Positions 44,966 to 54,749 of a DNA stretch of 64,000 bases are shown in pieces; the first letter of the stretch is position 1; each line of letters begins with the position of its first letter. Below the pieces are notes generated by a model. The model searched no databases, was not told the DNA's origin, and was given only the letters and a program-made list of their open reading frames with translations. The stretch is taken from positions 659 through 64,658 of the forward strand of contig JBKPCO010000020.1 in the NCBI GenBank assembly GCA_046727415.1, given 5' to 3'. A program made the position numbers and the translations under genes. Source of the DNA: Candidatus Methylomirabilota bacterium. Lineage in GTDB: Bacteria; Methylomirabilota; Methylomirabilia; Rokubacteriales; CSP1-6.

Positions 44966-45969
44966 AGGCCGCGGTTTATCGCGGCGTCGCCGGCGTCGCG
45001 GTCGAGGACTGGCCCAGGCCCGCCATTGGCCCGGGCGAGGCGCTGCTGCGGCTCAAGGGCTGCGGTCTCTGCGGCTCGGACATCGCCAAGCTCGGTGATC
45101 CGGCGACGAAGATCCCGGCGGTGTTCGGCCACGAGGTCGTGGGCGAGGTGACGGCGCTCGGCGTGGGTGTGTCGGGCTACGCGGTCGGCGATCGCGTCGT
45201 GGTCGCGCACCACGTGCCGTGCGGCGCCTGTCACTACTGCCGCCGGGGCAGCGAATCGATGTGCGCCTCGTTCAAGGCGTCGAACCTGGACCCGGGCGGC
45301 TTCGCCGAGTACGTGCGCGTCCCGGAGCCGAACGTGCTGCACGCGATGTTTCGCGTGCCGCCCCACGTCGGCGACGTGGCGGCGTCGTTCGTGGAGCCGC
45401 TGGCCTGCTGCGTGCGGGCCGTGCGGCGTACGGGGATCCGTCCGGGCGACACCGCCGTGGTCGTGGGCCTGGGTTCGATCGGCTGTCTCTTCGTACAGTT
45501 GCTCAAGCATGCCGGCGCCCTCGTCGTGGGCTGTGACACACTTGCCGACCGCGTCGCCCTCGCCCGGCGACTGGGAGCCGACGCCTGCGGATCGGCTGAC
45601 CCGGCCGGCGTCGCCGCGCGCGCGCTGAGCGACGGGCGGGGAGCCGATCACGTGATCGTCACCGGCGGCGGCGCGCAGGTCTTGCCGTGGGCGGCGGACG
45701 TGCTCCGCGACGGCGGTGCCGTGCACTGCTTCGCGGGCGGGGGCGACACACTACCTCTCTCGCTCGACCGGCTCTACCGCCGCGAGCTGACGATCACGGC
45801 CACCTATTCGTCGTCCCCATCCGATCTGGCCGAAGCGTTTCGCCTGATCGAGGGCAACGCGATCGAGGTCGAAAGCCTCGTCACGCACTGCGTGCCGCTC
45901 GAGAGCCTCGCGAAGGGCGTGGAGCTGATGCGCCGGCGCGAGGCCTTGAAGGTGTACGTGACGCCATGA
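44962..45969 (+). CDS. zinc-dependent medium-chain dehydrogenase (threonine/sorbitol dehydrogenase-like) 1
   Basis: GCGLCGSDI, GHEVVGEV, structural Zn CGACHYCRRGSESMC, VGLGSIG. Overlaps the hpnD stop by 4 nt. Confidence 0.85.
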   Translation: MKAAVYRGVAGVAVEDWPRPAIGPGEALLRLKGCGLCGSDIAKLGDPATKIPAVFGHEVVGEVTALGVGVSGYAVGDRVVVAHHVPCGACHYCRRGSESMCASFKASNLDPGGFAEYVRVPEPNVLHAMFRVPPHVGDVAASFVEPLACCVRAVRRTGIRPGDTAVVVGLGSIGCLFVQLLKHAGALVVGCDTLADRVALARRLGADACGSADPAGVAARALSDGRGADHVIVTGGGAQVLPWAADVLRDGGAVHCFAGGGDTLPLSLDRLYRRELTITATYSSSPSDLAEAFRLIEGNAIEVESLVTHCVPLESLAKGVELMRRREALKVYVTP

Positions 45970-46988
45970 GGGCGATGGTGTTCCACGGGCCGGGCGACCT
46001 CCGCGCGGAGGAGCTGCCGGTTCCGGTCCCGGGGCCGGGCGAAGTCGTCCTGAAGATCGACGCCGCGCTCACGTGCGGCACCGACGTGAAGACGCTGCGG
46101 CGCGGCCATCCGGTGATGATCCCGAAGATCCCGACAGTCTTCGGCCACGAGTTCGCCGGCACCGTCAGCGCGGTGGGCGCCGGCGTGGCGCTGCGCGAGG
46201 GCGACCGCGTGGTGGCGGCCAACTCGGCGCCCTGCGGCGCCTGCGCCTCGTGCCGCGGCGGGCGGCCGAATCTCTGCGAGGACTTGCTGTTCGTCAACGG
46301 CGCCTACGGCGAGTTCATCGCGCTGCCGCCGCGGCTCGTCTCGCTCAACGTCGTGCCGCTGGCGCCCTCGCTTCCGGCCGCGCGCGCGGCGTTCGCCGAG
46401 CCCCTGGCGTGCGCGCTCTTGGCGATCGAGCGGGCGCGGATCGAGGCGGGGCAGACCGTGGTGGTGCTCGGTCACGGGCCGTTCGGCTGCCTGCTCGGGA
46501 TGCTCGCGAGGTCCGGTGGCGCGCGCGTCATGGTGGTCGGAAAGGCCGGATGGCGATTCGATCGACTCAAGCGTCTGGGCTTCGCGCGCTGCCTCGACGC
46601 CACGGCCGCCGGCAGCGTGGTCGAGGAGATCCGGGGCCTCACCGCCGGGCGCGGAGCCGACGTGGTCATCGAGGCCACCGGCCGGCCCGAGGTGTGGGAG
46701 CAGGCCGTGGACGCCGTGGGGCGCGGCGGCACCGTGGTATTCTTTGGTGGGTGCGCTCCCGGGACTTCCATCCGCCTGGACACGCGGCGGGCGCACTACG
46801 AGGAGCTGGCGCTCCTCGGCGCGTTTCATCACACGCCGGGAACGATCCGTCGGGCGGTGGAGGCGCTGGAGTCGGGCGTGCTCGCGCCGGACAGTCTCAT
46901 CACACACCGGATGCGGCTCGACGAGGTCGGGCGCGCGCTCGAGCTCATGGCCAGAGGCGAGGCCCTCAAAGTGCTGATCGAGCCCTGA
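45966..46988 (+). CDS. zinc-dependent medium-chain dehydrogenase 2 (paralogue of the preceding gene)
   Basis: Start MRAMVFHGPG (ATGA overlap). AALTCGTDVK, GHEFAGTV, CGACASCRGGRPNLC. Confidence 0.85.
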   Translation: MRAMVFHGPGDLRAEELPVPVPGPGEVVLKIDAALTCGTDVKTLRRGHPVMIPKIPTVFGHEFAGTVSAVGAGVALREGDRVVAANSAPCGACASCRGGRPNLCEDLLFVNGAYGEFIALPPRLVSLNVVPLAPSLPAARAAFAEPLACALLAIERARIEAGQTVVVLGHGPFGCLLGMLARSGGARVMVVGKAGWRFDRLKRLGFARCLDATAAGSVVEEIRGLTAGRGADVVIEATGRPEVWEQAVDAVGRGGTVVFFGGCAPGTSIRLDTRRAHYEELALLGAFHHTPGTIRRAVEALESGVLAPDSLITHRMRLDEVGRALELMARGEALKVLIEP

Positions 46989-47001
46989 AAGGGTAACTGA
47001 C

Positions 47002-47994
47002 ATGAAGGCGCCAATCGCGGAGATCCTCCTGGCCGGCCCCCGCGGCTTCTGCGCCGGCGTGGAACGGGCCATTGATATCGTCGAGCTCGCGCTTTCCGTG
47101 TGCCAACCTCCGGTCTACGTCCGCCGCGAGATCGTCCACAACCGGCTCGTCGTCGAGACGCTCCGCAACCAGGGCGCCATCTTCGTGGACGAGCTGGACG
47201 AGGTGCCCGACGACGCCACCGTTATCTTCAGCGCCCACGGGATCTCGCCCGAGGTGCGGCAGGAAGGCATTCGCCGCGGTCTTCGCGTCATCGACGCGAC
47301 CTGCCCGCTGGTGACGAAAGTGCACTTCGAGGCGATCCGCTATGCGCGCGAGGATTACTCGATCGTGCTGATCGGCCATGAGGACCACGATGAGGTCATC
47401 GGCACGCTCGGCGAGGCGCCCGACCGCATCTTCGTCATCGCCGACGTGGACGAGGTCGCCACACTCGAGGTGGCGAATCCGGACAAGATCGCCTACCTGA
47501 CCCAGACCACGCTCTCGGTGGACGACACACGGGACGTGATCGAGGCCCTGCGCCGGAAGTTCCCGAAGATCGTCGGGCCGTCCCGTAACGACATCTGCTA
47601 TGCGACCCAGAACCGACAGGCGGCCGTCAAGCGCCTGGCCAACGACGTCGATCTCCTGCTGGTCATCGGCTCGGCCAACAGCTCCAACGCCATCCGGCTC
47701 GTCGAGGTGGCGCGGACGGCCGGCACCAGGGCCCATCTCATCAACGACGTCGGTGACATCCGTCCGGAATGGCTCGAGAACGCGTCGCGAATCGGCATCA
47801 CGGCGGGCGCCTCGACGCCGGAGGTGCTCGTCACGCAGACGGTTGAGGCGTTGCGCGGGCAGGGCGTCTCGGTGCGTGAGGTGCACGTGGTCGAGGAGGA
47901 CGTCCGCTTCGCGCTGCCGCAGGAGCTCGCGCGCATGGCCGAGGAGCGCGGTCTGACCCTGCCGGCGCGCACGGCCATGCGTCAGACCATCTAG
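47002..47994 (+). CDS. ispH: 4-hydroxy-3-methylbut-2-enyl diphosphate reductase
   Basis: 330 aa. PRGFCAGVERAI, DATCPLVTKVH, GSANSSN. Confidence 0.95.
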   Translation: MKAPIAEILLAGPRGFCAGVERAIDIVELALSVCQPPVYVRREIVHNRLVVETLRNQGAIFVDELDEVPDDATVIFSAHGISPEVRQEGIRRGLRVIDATCPLVTKVHFEAIRYAREDYSIVLIGHEDHDEVIGTLGEAPDRIFVIADVDEVATLEVANPDKIAYLTQTTLSVDDTRDVIEALRRKFPKIVGPSRNDICYATQNRQAAVKRLANDVDLLLVIGSANSSNAIRLVEVARTAGTRAHLINDVGDIRPEWLENASRIGITAGASTPEVLVTQTVEALRGQGVSVREVHVVEEDVRFALPQELARMAEERGLTLPARTAMRQTI

Positions 47995-48031
47995 TCGGAT
48001 GAGGGCAGGCCGTTAGGCCCGAGCGCTCGTA

Positions 48032-48610
48032 TCAGCCGAGCAGGTCGTCGACAGCAAGTGTGAGATCAGGGAAGGCGAGCGGCGCGAGTCTCGAGCCGCG
48101 CGCGAGCCGAACGATCTCCCGGTAAAGCGCGCCGCTCGGCTCACGGAACACTTCGACGTACTCGGTCGTGAGGTCGAGCAGCCAGGCCTCAATTATTCCT
48201 GCCCGGGCGTACAGCGGGATCTTCACCCGCCGGTCGAGCCGCAAAGTGGAATCGGCCACCTCGATGAGCAGCAGGACGTCGGGCGCGCCCGGGTGAGCAC
48301 TCGAGTAGAAGTCGGCGCGGGGGCGCAGCAATGTGATGTCGGGTTGCAGCTCCGACATCTCGTCAGGAAACGTGACCGGGTTCTGTATTCGAACAATCGC
48401 CCGGCCCGCCAGCTTCCCGAAGAAAAGGTGGCCGACCCGGTCCACCGCGCCCGCGTGGCGAGAGCCGGTCCGCTCGCGCACGACGATCGAACCGGCGATC
48501 AGCTCGATCCGCGGGTCATCGGCGAGAATGCCGGCCTCCCCCATGCGGCGATACTCCTCGACATTGAATCGTCGTCGCCTGACCGCGAGCCCCATCGTGA
48601 CGCCATTCAA
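48032..48610 (-). CDS. Uma2-family (DUF820) PD-(D/E)xK endonuclease-like protein
   Basis: 192 aa. FNVEEYRRMGEAGIL...RIELIAGSIV...PDVLLLIEVADSTLRLDRRVKIPLYARAGIIEAWLLDL is the Uma2 pattern. Confidence 0.8.
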   Translation of the reverse strand: MNGVTMGLAVRRRRFNVEEYRRMGEAGILADDPRIELIAGSIVVRERTGSRHAGAVDRVGHLFFGKLAGRAIVRIQNPVTFPDEMSELQPDITLLRPRADFYSSAHPGAPDVLLLIEVADSTLRLDRRVKIPLYARAGIIEAWLLDLTTEYVEVFREPSGALYREIVRLARGSRLAPLAFPDLTLAVDDLLG

Positions 48611-48682
48611 TCAAGGCCGCGCCGGCCCGTCAACGTCCCCATGAGCGGACATCTGGCGACTCCCGGCCGCGTGCGATTCGGG

Positions 48683-48711
48683 GAATCGGCTACACTGCAG
48701 TCAGCCGATTC
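48683..48711 (+). promoter_or_regulatory. perfect 9-bp inverted repeat immediately upstream of thrC
   Basis: gaatcggct-N11-agccgattc ends 9 nt before the thrC ATG. Possible 5-prime UTR hairpin or operator. Confidence 0.3.
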
Positions 48712-48719
48712 TTGCGAGG

Positions 48720-49961
48720 ATGCCGATGAGCTTCGTCAGCCACGTCGAATGCACCATCTGCGGCGCCCACCACGACGTCAAGCGGTTGCTGACGGTGTGC
48801 GAGAAGTGCGGTCAGATGCTGGCGGTCCGCTACGATCTGCAGCGCGTGGCGGCCAGCGTCACGAAGAGCGTGCTTCGCGAGCGCTCGCCGGGGATGTACC
48901 GCTTCCGCGAGCTGACGCCGCTCGACGACGGCGAGCAGCCCGTGACACTGGGCGAGGGGGGCACGCCGCTGCTCGAGCTTCCGCGACTCGCCGCCCACTT
49001 CGAGATCCGGAAGCTCTGGGGGAAGGACGAGGGCCAGAATCCGACGGGATCGTTCAAGGCGCGCGGCCTCGGTATGGCGCTCACGCGCGCACGGACGCTC
49101 GGCGCCCGGGGATTCGTCATCCCGTCAGCCGGCAACGCGGGCGGCGCGGCGGCCGTGTACGCGGCTCGCTGCGGCCTGCCCTGCGTCGTTATCGTGCCAC
49201 GCGGCACGCCGGCGGCGGCGGTCGCCGAGGCGCAGATTGCCGGCGCCCACGTCTTCACCATCGAGGGCTCGATCGCGACCGCCGGACGCGTCGTCGCGCG
49301 TGTCGCGCCGCTGCTCGGCTGGTTCGACCTCTCCACGCTGAAGGAGCCGTACCGCCTCGAAGGGAAGAAGACGATAGGACTCGAGCTTGCCGAGCAGCTC
49401 GACTGGCGGATGCCCGATGTCCTGCTCTATCCGACGGGCGGCGGCACCGGGCTCGTGGGCATCCCTAAGGGCTACGAAGAGCTCCGCGCGATGGGATGGC
49501 TCTCCGGCTCGCTCTCGCGCTTCTTCGCCGTCCAGGCCGACGGCTGCGCGCCCGTCGTGAAGGCGTTCGATGCAGGCGCCGAGACGACGACCGCCTGGGA
49601 GAATCCAACCACGCTCGCGGCGGGGCTCCGAGTGCCCTCGCCCTTCGCCGGGCGCCAGATGCTCCGGATCCTGCGCGAGACACGCGGCGGCGCGGTGGCG
49701 GTCAGCGAGACCGAGATCCAGGACGCGCAGCGCCTGGTGGCGCGCACCGAGGGCATCTGGACGGCGCCCGAGTCGGCAGCCCTGGTTGCGGCGCTCGCGC
49801 GGCTCAAGGACGGCGGTGAGGTCACCCGCGACACCGAGGTCATGCTGATCCTCACCGGCGCAGGGCTCAAGTACGAGCCGCCGCCGCTCCCGCCGCCGAC
49901 CGATCTGGCCGGCTCTGAAGAGGAGGTCGTCGCCCAGGTTCGCCGGGCGGTCGGGGCTTAA
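48720..49961 (+). CDS. thrC: threonine synthase (PLP-dependent, with N-terminal Zn-ribbon)
   Basis: CTICGAHHD...CEKCG ribbon and NPTGSFKARG, the PLP-lysine motif. The second ATG at 48726 has better GAGGA spacing. Confidence 0.8.
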   Translation: MPMSFVSHVECTICGAHHDVKRLLTVCEKCGQMLAVRYDLQRVAASVTKSVLRERSPGMYRFRELTPLDDGEQPVTLGEGGTPLLELPRLAAHFEIRKLWGKDEGQNPTGSFKARGLGMALTRARTLGARGFVIPSAGNAGGAAAVYAARCGLPCVVIVPRGTPAAAVAEAQIAGAHVFTIEGSIATAGRVVARVAPLLGWFDLSTLKEPYRLEGKKTIGLELAEQLDWRMPDVLLYPTGGGTGLVGIPKGYEELRAMGWLSGSLSRFFAVQADGCAPVVKAFDAGAETTTAWENPTTLAAGLRVPSPFAGRQMLRILRETRGGAVAVSETEIQDAQRLVARTEGIWTAPESAALVAALARLKDGGEVTRDTEVMLILTGAGLKYEPPPLPPPTDLAGSEEEVVAQVRRAVGA

Positions 49962-50021
49962 CGCGTTTGTCATTCGGTGGTAGCATGCGGGCCACCGCAT
50001 CGCGTTCCAGGAGGCCTGCTG

Positions 50022-52106
50022 ATGGCGATCGATATCGGGAAGATCCGGAACGTCGGCATCGTCGGTCACGGCGGCGTGGGCAAGACGTCGCTCGTCGAGG
50101 CCATGCTGTTTGCCGCCGGTGCCGTGACGCGCCTGGGCCGGGTCGACGACGGCTCGACCACCACTGACTTCGACCCCGACGAGATCAAGCGCAAGATCTC
50201 GATCAACACTTCGGTGGCCTACTGCGACTGGAAAGGTCACCGCATCAACTTCGTCGACACCCCCGGCTACGGAGATTTCATCGCCGACGCGCGGGCCGGG
50301 CTCCGGGTCGTCGAGGCGGCCGTCGTGGTGGTCGACGCGGTTGCCGGTGTCCAGGTGCAGACCGAGAAGGTCTGGAAGTTCGCGACGGAATACACGCTGC
50401 CGTGCGTCGTGGTGATCAACCGTCTCGACCGCGAGCGCGCCGACTTCTTCCGCACCGTCGATTCGCTCGGCCGGCGGCTCAAGGGGCGGCTGGTCGCGCT
50501 CCACATCCCGCTCGGTGAAGAGTCGGGCTTCCGGGGCTTCGTCGATCTCGTCAAGATGAAGGCGGTCACGTTCGCGGGCGGCAAGCCGGCCGAGGGCGAT
50601 ATTCCGGGCGAGGCCGGGGACCAGGCCAAGGAATACCGCGAGAAACTCGTGGAGGCGGCCGCCGAGACCGATGACGATCTGCTCGCCAAGTACTTAGAGG
50701 AAGGCACGCTCGGCGAAGCGGAGATGCTGAAGGCCCTCAAGGCCGGCATCGCGCAGGGCAAGCTCGTTCCAGTCATGTGCGCGGCCGCGACCAAGTCGAT
50801 CGGGGTCCACGCGCTGCTCGACCTCATCGTCGATTCGCTTCCGTCGCCGGCCGCCCGCACGGAGGTCGCCGGCACCGATCTCAAGACCAAGCAGGCGGCG
50901 AACCGAACTGCCGACGCGAAGGCCCCGGTGACCGCGCTCGTTTTCAAGACGCTCAGCGACCCGCACATCGGCAAGCTCTCGCTTTTCCGCGTGATGAGCG
51001 GCACGCTCAAGGCGGACTCGACGCTCCTGAACCCAGCGCATGGCGCCCGGGAGCGGATGGGCCACGTCTCGTGGCTCCAGGGCAAGACCCAGAAGAACGT
51101 CGAGGCGCTCGGGCCGGGGGAGATCGGGGTCGCCCAGAAGCTCAAGGAGACGCAGACCGGCGACACGCTGACCGAAGAAGCGCAGCCGTTCGAGCTGCCG
51201 AAGATCACCTTCCCGGAAGCGGCCATCTCGTTCGCGATTCAGCCCAAGACGCGGGGTGACGAGGACAAGATCTCGAACGCGCTGGCGCGCATCGCCGAGG
51301 AGGACCCGACGGTCCACTACCACTTCGATCCCGAGACGAAGCAGCTCCTGGTCTCGGGCGTGGGCAGTATGCACGTCGAGATGGTGGTGGAGCGCATGAA
51401 GCGGAAGTACAACGTCGACGTGAGCCTCCTGCCGCCGCGCATCCCCTACAAGGAGACGGTCAAGGGGCGCGCCGAGGGGCAGGGGAAGTACAAGAAGCAG
51501 ACCGGCGGGCGCGGCCAGTACGGCGACACGTGGCTCCGTGTCGAGCCGATGCCGCGGGGTGGCGGCTTCGAGTTCGTCGACGACATCTTCGGCGGCGCCG
51601 TGCCGCGTAACTTTATCCCCTCGGTCGAGAAGGGCGTCCGCGACTGCATGAAGAAGGGGATCCTCGCCGGCTACCCCGTCGTCGACATGAAGGTCACGCT
51701 CTACGACGGCTCCTATCACGACGTGGACTCGTCCGATATGGCGTTCCAGATCGCCGCGTCAATGGGCCTGCAGAAGGTGTTCATGGACGCCCGGCCGATC
51801 CTGCTCGAGCCCATCATGAACGTCGAGGTGACAACGCCCGCGGACCACGCCGGCGACGTCATCGGCGACCTGAACTCCCGCCGCGGCCGCATCGTGGGCA
51901 TGGAGCCGGCGGGCGAGACGGCAGTGGTGCGCGCGGTGGCGCCGATGGCCGAGATGCTGACCTACGAGTCGAGCCTGCGCTCCATGACTGGCGGCCGCGG
52001 CGGCTACTCGATGGAGTTCTCCCACTACGAAGAGGTCCCCGCGTTCCTGGCCGAAAAGGTCATCAAGGAGGCGAAGACTGAGAAGGAGAGTGCCGAGAAG
52101 CACTAG
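50022..52106 (+). CDS. elongation factor G paralogue (EF-G2 type)
   Basis: Start MAIDIGKIRNVGIVGHGGVGKTSL. G1 is GHGGVGKTS rather than the canonical AHIDAGKTT. DTPGYGDF. Full five-domain length (694 aa). Confidence 0.85.
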   Translation: MAIDIGKIRNVGIVGHGGVGKTSLVEAMLFAAGAVTRLGRVDDGSTTTDFDPDEIKRKISINTSVAYCDWKGHRINFVDTPGYGDFIADARAGLRVVEAAVVVVDAVAGVQVQTEKVWKFATEYTLPCVVVINRLDRERADFFRTVDSLGRRLKGRLVALHIPLGEESGFRGFVDLVKMKAVTFAGGKPAEGDIPGEAGDQAKEYREKLVEAAAETDDDLLAKYLEEGTLGEAEMLKALKAGIAQGKLVPVMCAAATKSIGVHALLDLIVDSLPSPAARTEVAGTDLKTKQAANRTADAKAPVTALVFKTLSDPHIGKLSLFRVMSGTLKADSTLLNPAHGARERMGHVSWLQGKTQKNVEALGPGEIGVAQKLKETQTGDTLTEEAQPFELPKITFPEAAISFAIQPKTRGDEDKISNALARIAEEDPTVHYHFDPETKQLLVSGVGSMHVEMVVERMKRKYNVDVSLLPPRIPYKETVKGRAEGQGKYKKQTGGRGQYGDTWLRVEPMPRGGGFEFVDDIFGGAVPRNFIPSVEKGVRDCMKKGILAGYPVVDMKVTLYDGSYHDVDSSDMAFQIAASMGLQKVFMDARPILLEPIMNVEVTTPADHAGDVIGDLNSRRGRIVGMEPAGETAVVRAVAPMAEMLTYESSLRSMTGGRGGYSMEFSHYEEVPAFLAEKVIKEAKTEKESAEKH

Positions 52107-52139
52107 TGCCGGCGGGGTCCTTGGTAGAATAGGCCCGCG

Positions 52140-53543
52140 ATGATCTTCCAGCAGATCCTCAACGAGGAATCCGGCTGCCTGTCGTACCTCATCGGCTGTA
52201 GCGAGGCCGGGAAGGCGCTCGTCGTCGATCCCGGCCGCGACCGTGTTCCTGAGTACCTGCGTCTCGCCGCGAAGAAGGGCCTCACGATCAGCCACATCCT
52301 CGAGACGCACACGCACGCCGACCACATCTCCGGTAATCGCGATCTCGCCGAGGCGGTCCGGGCGCCGATCCTGGTGCACCGCACCTCGGGGGTGGTCTTC
52401 GAGCACGAGGAGGTGCAGGACGGCGACGAGATCGTGATCGGCACGGTGCGCTTCAAGGTCGCGCACACGCCCGGCCACACCCCGGACTCGATCTGCCTCC
52501 TGGTCACCGATCTCTCGCGCGGCGATTTGCCGTGGTTCGTGCTGACCGGCGACATGCTCTTCGTCGGCTCGGTCGGTCGCCCCGATCTCGGCGGCGCCCG
52601 GGCGGCAGAGGATGCGTGGGAGAGCCTGCAGCGCGTGCTCCTGCCGCTCGACGACAGCGTCGAGGTCTATCCGGCGCACGGTGCCGGCTCGGCGTGCGGG
52701 CGCGCCATGTCGTCCAAGTCGGGGTCGACGATCGGCTTCGAGCGCCGGTTCAACCCGGCCCTGCAGTTCCGAGAGCGGGCCGCGTTCGTCGACTTCCTGA
52801 TGCGCGATCTGCCGCCCAAGCCGCCGTCGTTCGAGAAGATCGTCAGCAAGAACAAGGGGCTCGTCTCCCTGATGGCGGCCAAGCCCCGCCCGTATAGCGC
52901 GCGCGAGGCGTCGGAGGCGGTGCGCCGCGGCGAGATCGTCCTGGACCTGCGCGACCCTGCTACCTACGGCGAGGCGCACATTCCCGGCGCGATCAACGTG
53001 TGGATCGAGAGCCCGCAATTCGCCGAGCGGGTCGCCGGTATGGTGCCGGCGGGCGTGCCGCTGCTCCTGCTGGCGCAGGGGCCGTCGGACCTCGATCGCG
53101 CTGTTCCGGCCCTGTCGCGCGTCGGCGTCGACGAGGTCACCGGCTTTCTCCAGTGGGGCATGATCGAATGGCGCAGTGAGGGCTTCGCCGTCGAGTCGGT
53201 TCCGCAGATCACCGTCAACGAGCTGGCCGAGTGGCTCGAGCAGGGCCGCGAGGTCACGGTGATCGACGTCCGCGAGCACTCCGAGTGGCTCGACGGCCAC
53301 ATCAAGGGCGCCACGCACCTGCCGATGCTGGAGGCGGCGTCGCGGCACGCCGAGGTGCCGGCCGATCGACCGAAGGCCGTGCTTTGCGCGGGCGGCCTTC
53401 GCTCGAGCACGGCGATCAGCGCGCTCACGCGGCACGGCCTCACCGGCTTCTACAACGTGACCGGCGGCATGACGGCGTGGAAGCGCTCCGGCTATCCCGT
53501 CGTCCGTTCGTCAGCGGATCCCGGCTCAGCATCTCGCCCGTGA
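52140..53543 (+). CDS. persulfide dioxygenase (ETHE1-like MBL) fused to two rhodanese domains
   Basis: ETHTHADHISG is the MBL motif. The first rhodanese domain lacks the catalytic Cys; the second has the active loop LCAGGLRSS. Confidence 0.8.
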   Translation: MIFQQILNEESGCLSYLIGCSEAGKALVVDPGRDRVPEYLRLAAKKGLTISHILETHTHADHISGNRDLAEAVRAPILVHRTSGVVFEHEEVQDGDEIVIGTVRFKVAHTPGHTPDSICLLVTDLSRGDLPWFVLTGDMLFVGSVGRPDLGGARAAEDAWESLQRVLLPLDDSVEVYPAHGAGSACGRAMSSKSGSTIGFERRFNPALQFRERAAFVDFLMRDLPPKPPSFEKIVSKNKGLVSLMAAKPRPYSAREASEAVRRGEIVLDLRDPATYGEAHIPGAINVWIESPQFAERVAGMVPAGVPLLLLAQGPSDLDRAVPALSRVGVDEVTGFLQWGMIEWRSEGFAVESVPQITVNELAEWLEQGREVTVIDVREHSEWLDGHIKGATHLPMLEAASRHAEVPADRPKAVLCAGGLRSSTAISALTRHGLTGFYNVTGGMTAWKRSGYPVVRSSADPGSASRP

Positions 53544-53550
53544 CCGCCTG

Positions 53551-54717
53551 ATGGCGAGCTCGTTCGCCCCGCAGTACGGGGCGCTCTTCGCGCGTCCGTG
53601 GGTGGTATGGGGCGCGGCCGTCCTCATGGCCACCCTGAACGTCTTTCTCTTCGCCTTCGATCGTCCGTGGACGGCCTCGGACGGGCTGCGCAACTGGGGC
53701 GACTGGGTCCTCACCGGCGCGGGGCTCGTGCGCCGGCCGGACCTCCTGCCACCCTGGCTTTACTCGGGATCGATCCTGAACATCGGTGTGATCGTCGGCG
53801 GCACGATGGCCGCGTTGCTCTCGCGGGAATTTGCGATTCGCGTGCCGCCCGCTCCCGAGCTCGCCAAGGGTGCCACCGGCGGGCTCCTGATGGGCGTCGG
53901 CGCGGTGCTGGCCTTTGGCTGCAACATCGGCGGCTTCTTCTCGGCGACCAGCGCGCTCTCGCTCTCCGGCCTCGGGATGATGCTCGGGCTCGGCGCCGGC
54001 GCATACCTCGGGCTGCGCTACCTGCTCTGGGAGGTGGCCCACCGCCCCGGCTGGTCGCGCGGCGGCGGGCGCATCTTCTTGCAGTCGCAGGCACCGGTGG
54101 CCGGACGCCAGCCCGTGGCCGGCGCCTTCGTCCTCGCGCTGATCGCCGCGGCGCTCTTCGTCTACACGCGCACAGGCTACGGCACGCAGGGCATCTTCCT
54201 GCTCTTCGGCGCGGGATTCGGCGTGATCTTCCAGCGCTCCCGCTTCTGCCTGGTGCGCGCGTTTCGCGAGCCGTTCTTGACGGGCGACGCCGAGCACACG
54301 CGAGCGGCGGCGCTGGCGCTGGTCGTGTCGACACTCGGCTTCGCCATCCTGAAAGCCACCGATCTCAAGGACAAGACCGAGTGGGTTTTCCCCGCCGCTG
54401 GCGTCGGCGCGCTCGCCGGCGGGCTCGCCTTCGGCATCGGCATGACGCTCGCGGGCGGCTGCGGCGCCGGCTCGCTCTGGCGGGCGGGCGAGGGACAGGT
54501 GAAACTCTGGGTGGCCGTTGCGTGCTTCGCGCTCGGCGCCTCGCTCGTGCGCCTCGCCGCGAGCCAGACGGGGCTCCTCGGGAAGCTGGGCGCCGCCGTG
54601 TTCTTGCCGGCATCGCTCGGCTGGGCCGGCGCCCTCGTGCTGATTGTCGCCGTCGCGCTCGGCTGGGCTATGCTCGCGACCTGGAACGAAGCCACCGGCC
54701 GGCTCAGCGCGGCCTAG
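53551..54717 (+). CDS. YeeE/YedE-family sulfur-compound (thiosulfate) transporter
   Basis: 388 aa, polytopic, with duplicated conserved-Cys loops FGCNIGG and LAGGCGAGS. Confidence 0.8.
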   Translation: MASSFAPQYGALFARPWVVWGAAVLMATLNVFLFAFDRPWTASDGLRNWGDWVLTGAGLVRRPDLLPPWLYSGSILNIGVIVGGTMAALLSREFAIRVPPAPELAKGATGGLLMGVGAVLAFGCNIGGFFSATSALSLSGLGMMLGLGAGAYLGLRYLLWEVAHRPGWSRGGGRIFLQSQAPVAGRQPVAGAFVLALIAAALFVYTRTGYGTQGIFLLFGAGFGVIFQRSRFCLVRAFREPFLTGDAEHTRAAALALVVSTLGFAILKATDLKDKTEWVFPAAGVGALAGGLAFGIGMTLAGGCGAGSLWRAGEGQVKLWVAVACFALGASLVRLAASQTGLLGKLGAAVFLPASLGWAGALVLIVAVALGWAMLATWNEATGRLSAA

Positions 54718-54749
54718 TGACGCCCCGAACGCAGTCAGCGGAGGATGGA

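Noticed and set aside
51759-53435. 558-aa minus-strand ORF
   Set aside because: Antisense shadow of the EF-G 3-prime end and the PDO-rhodanese gene.
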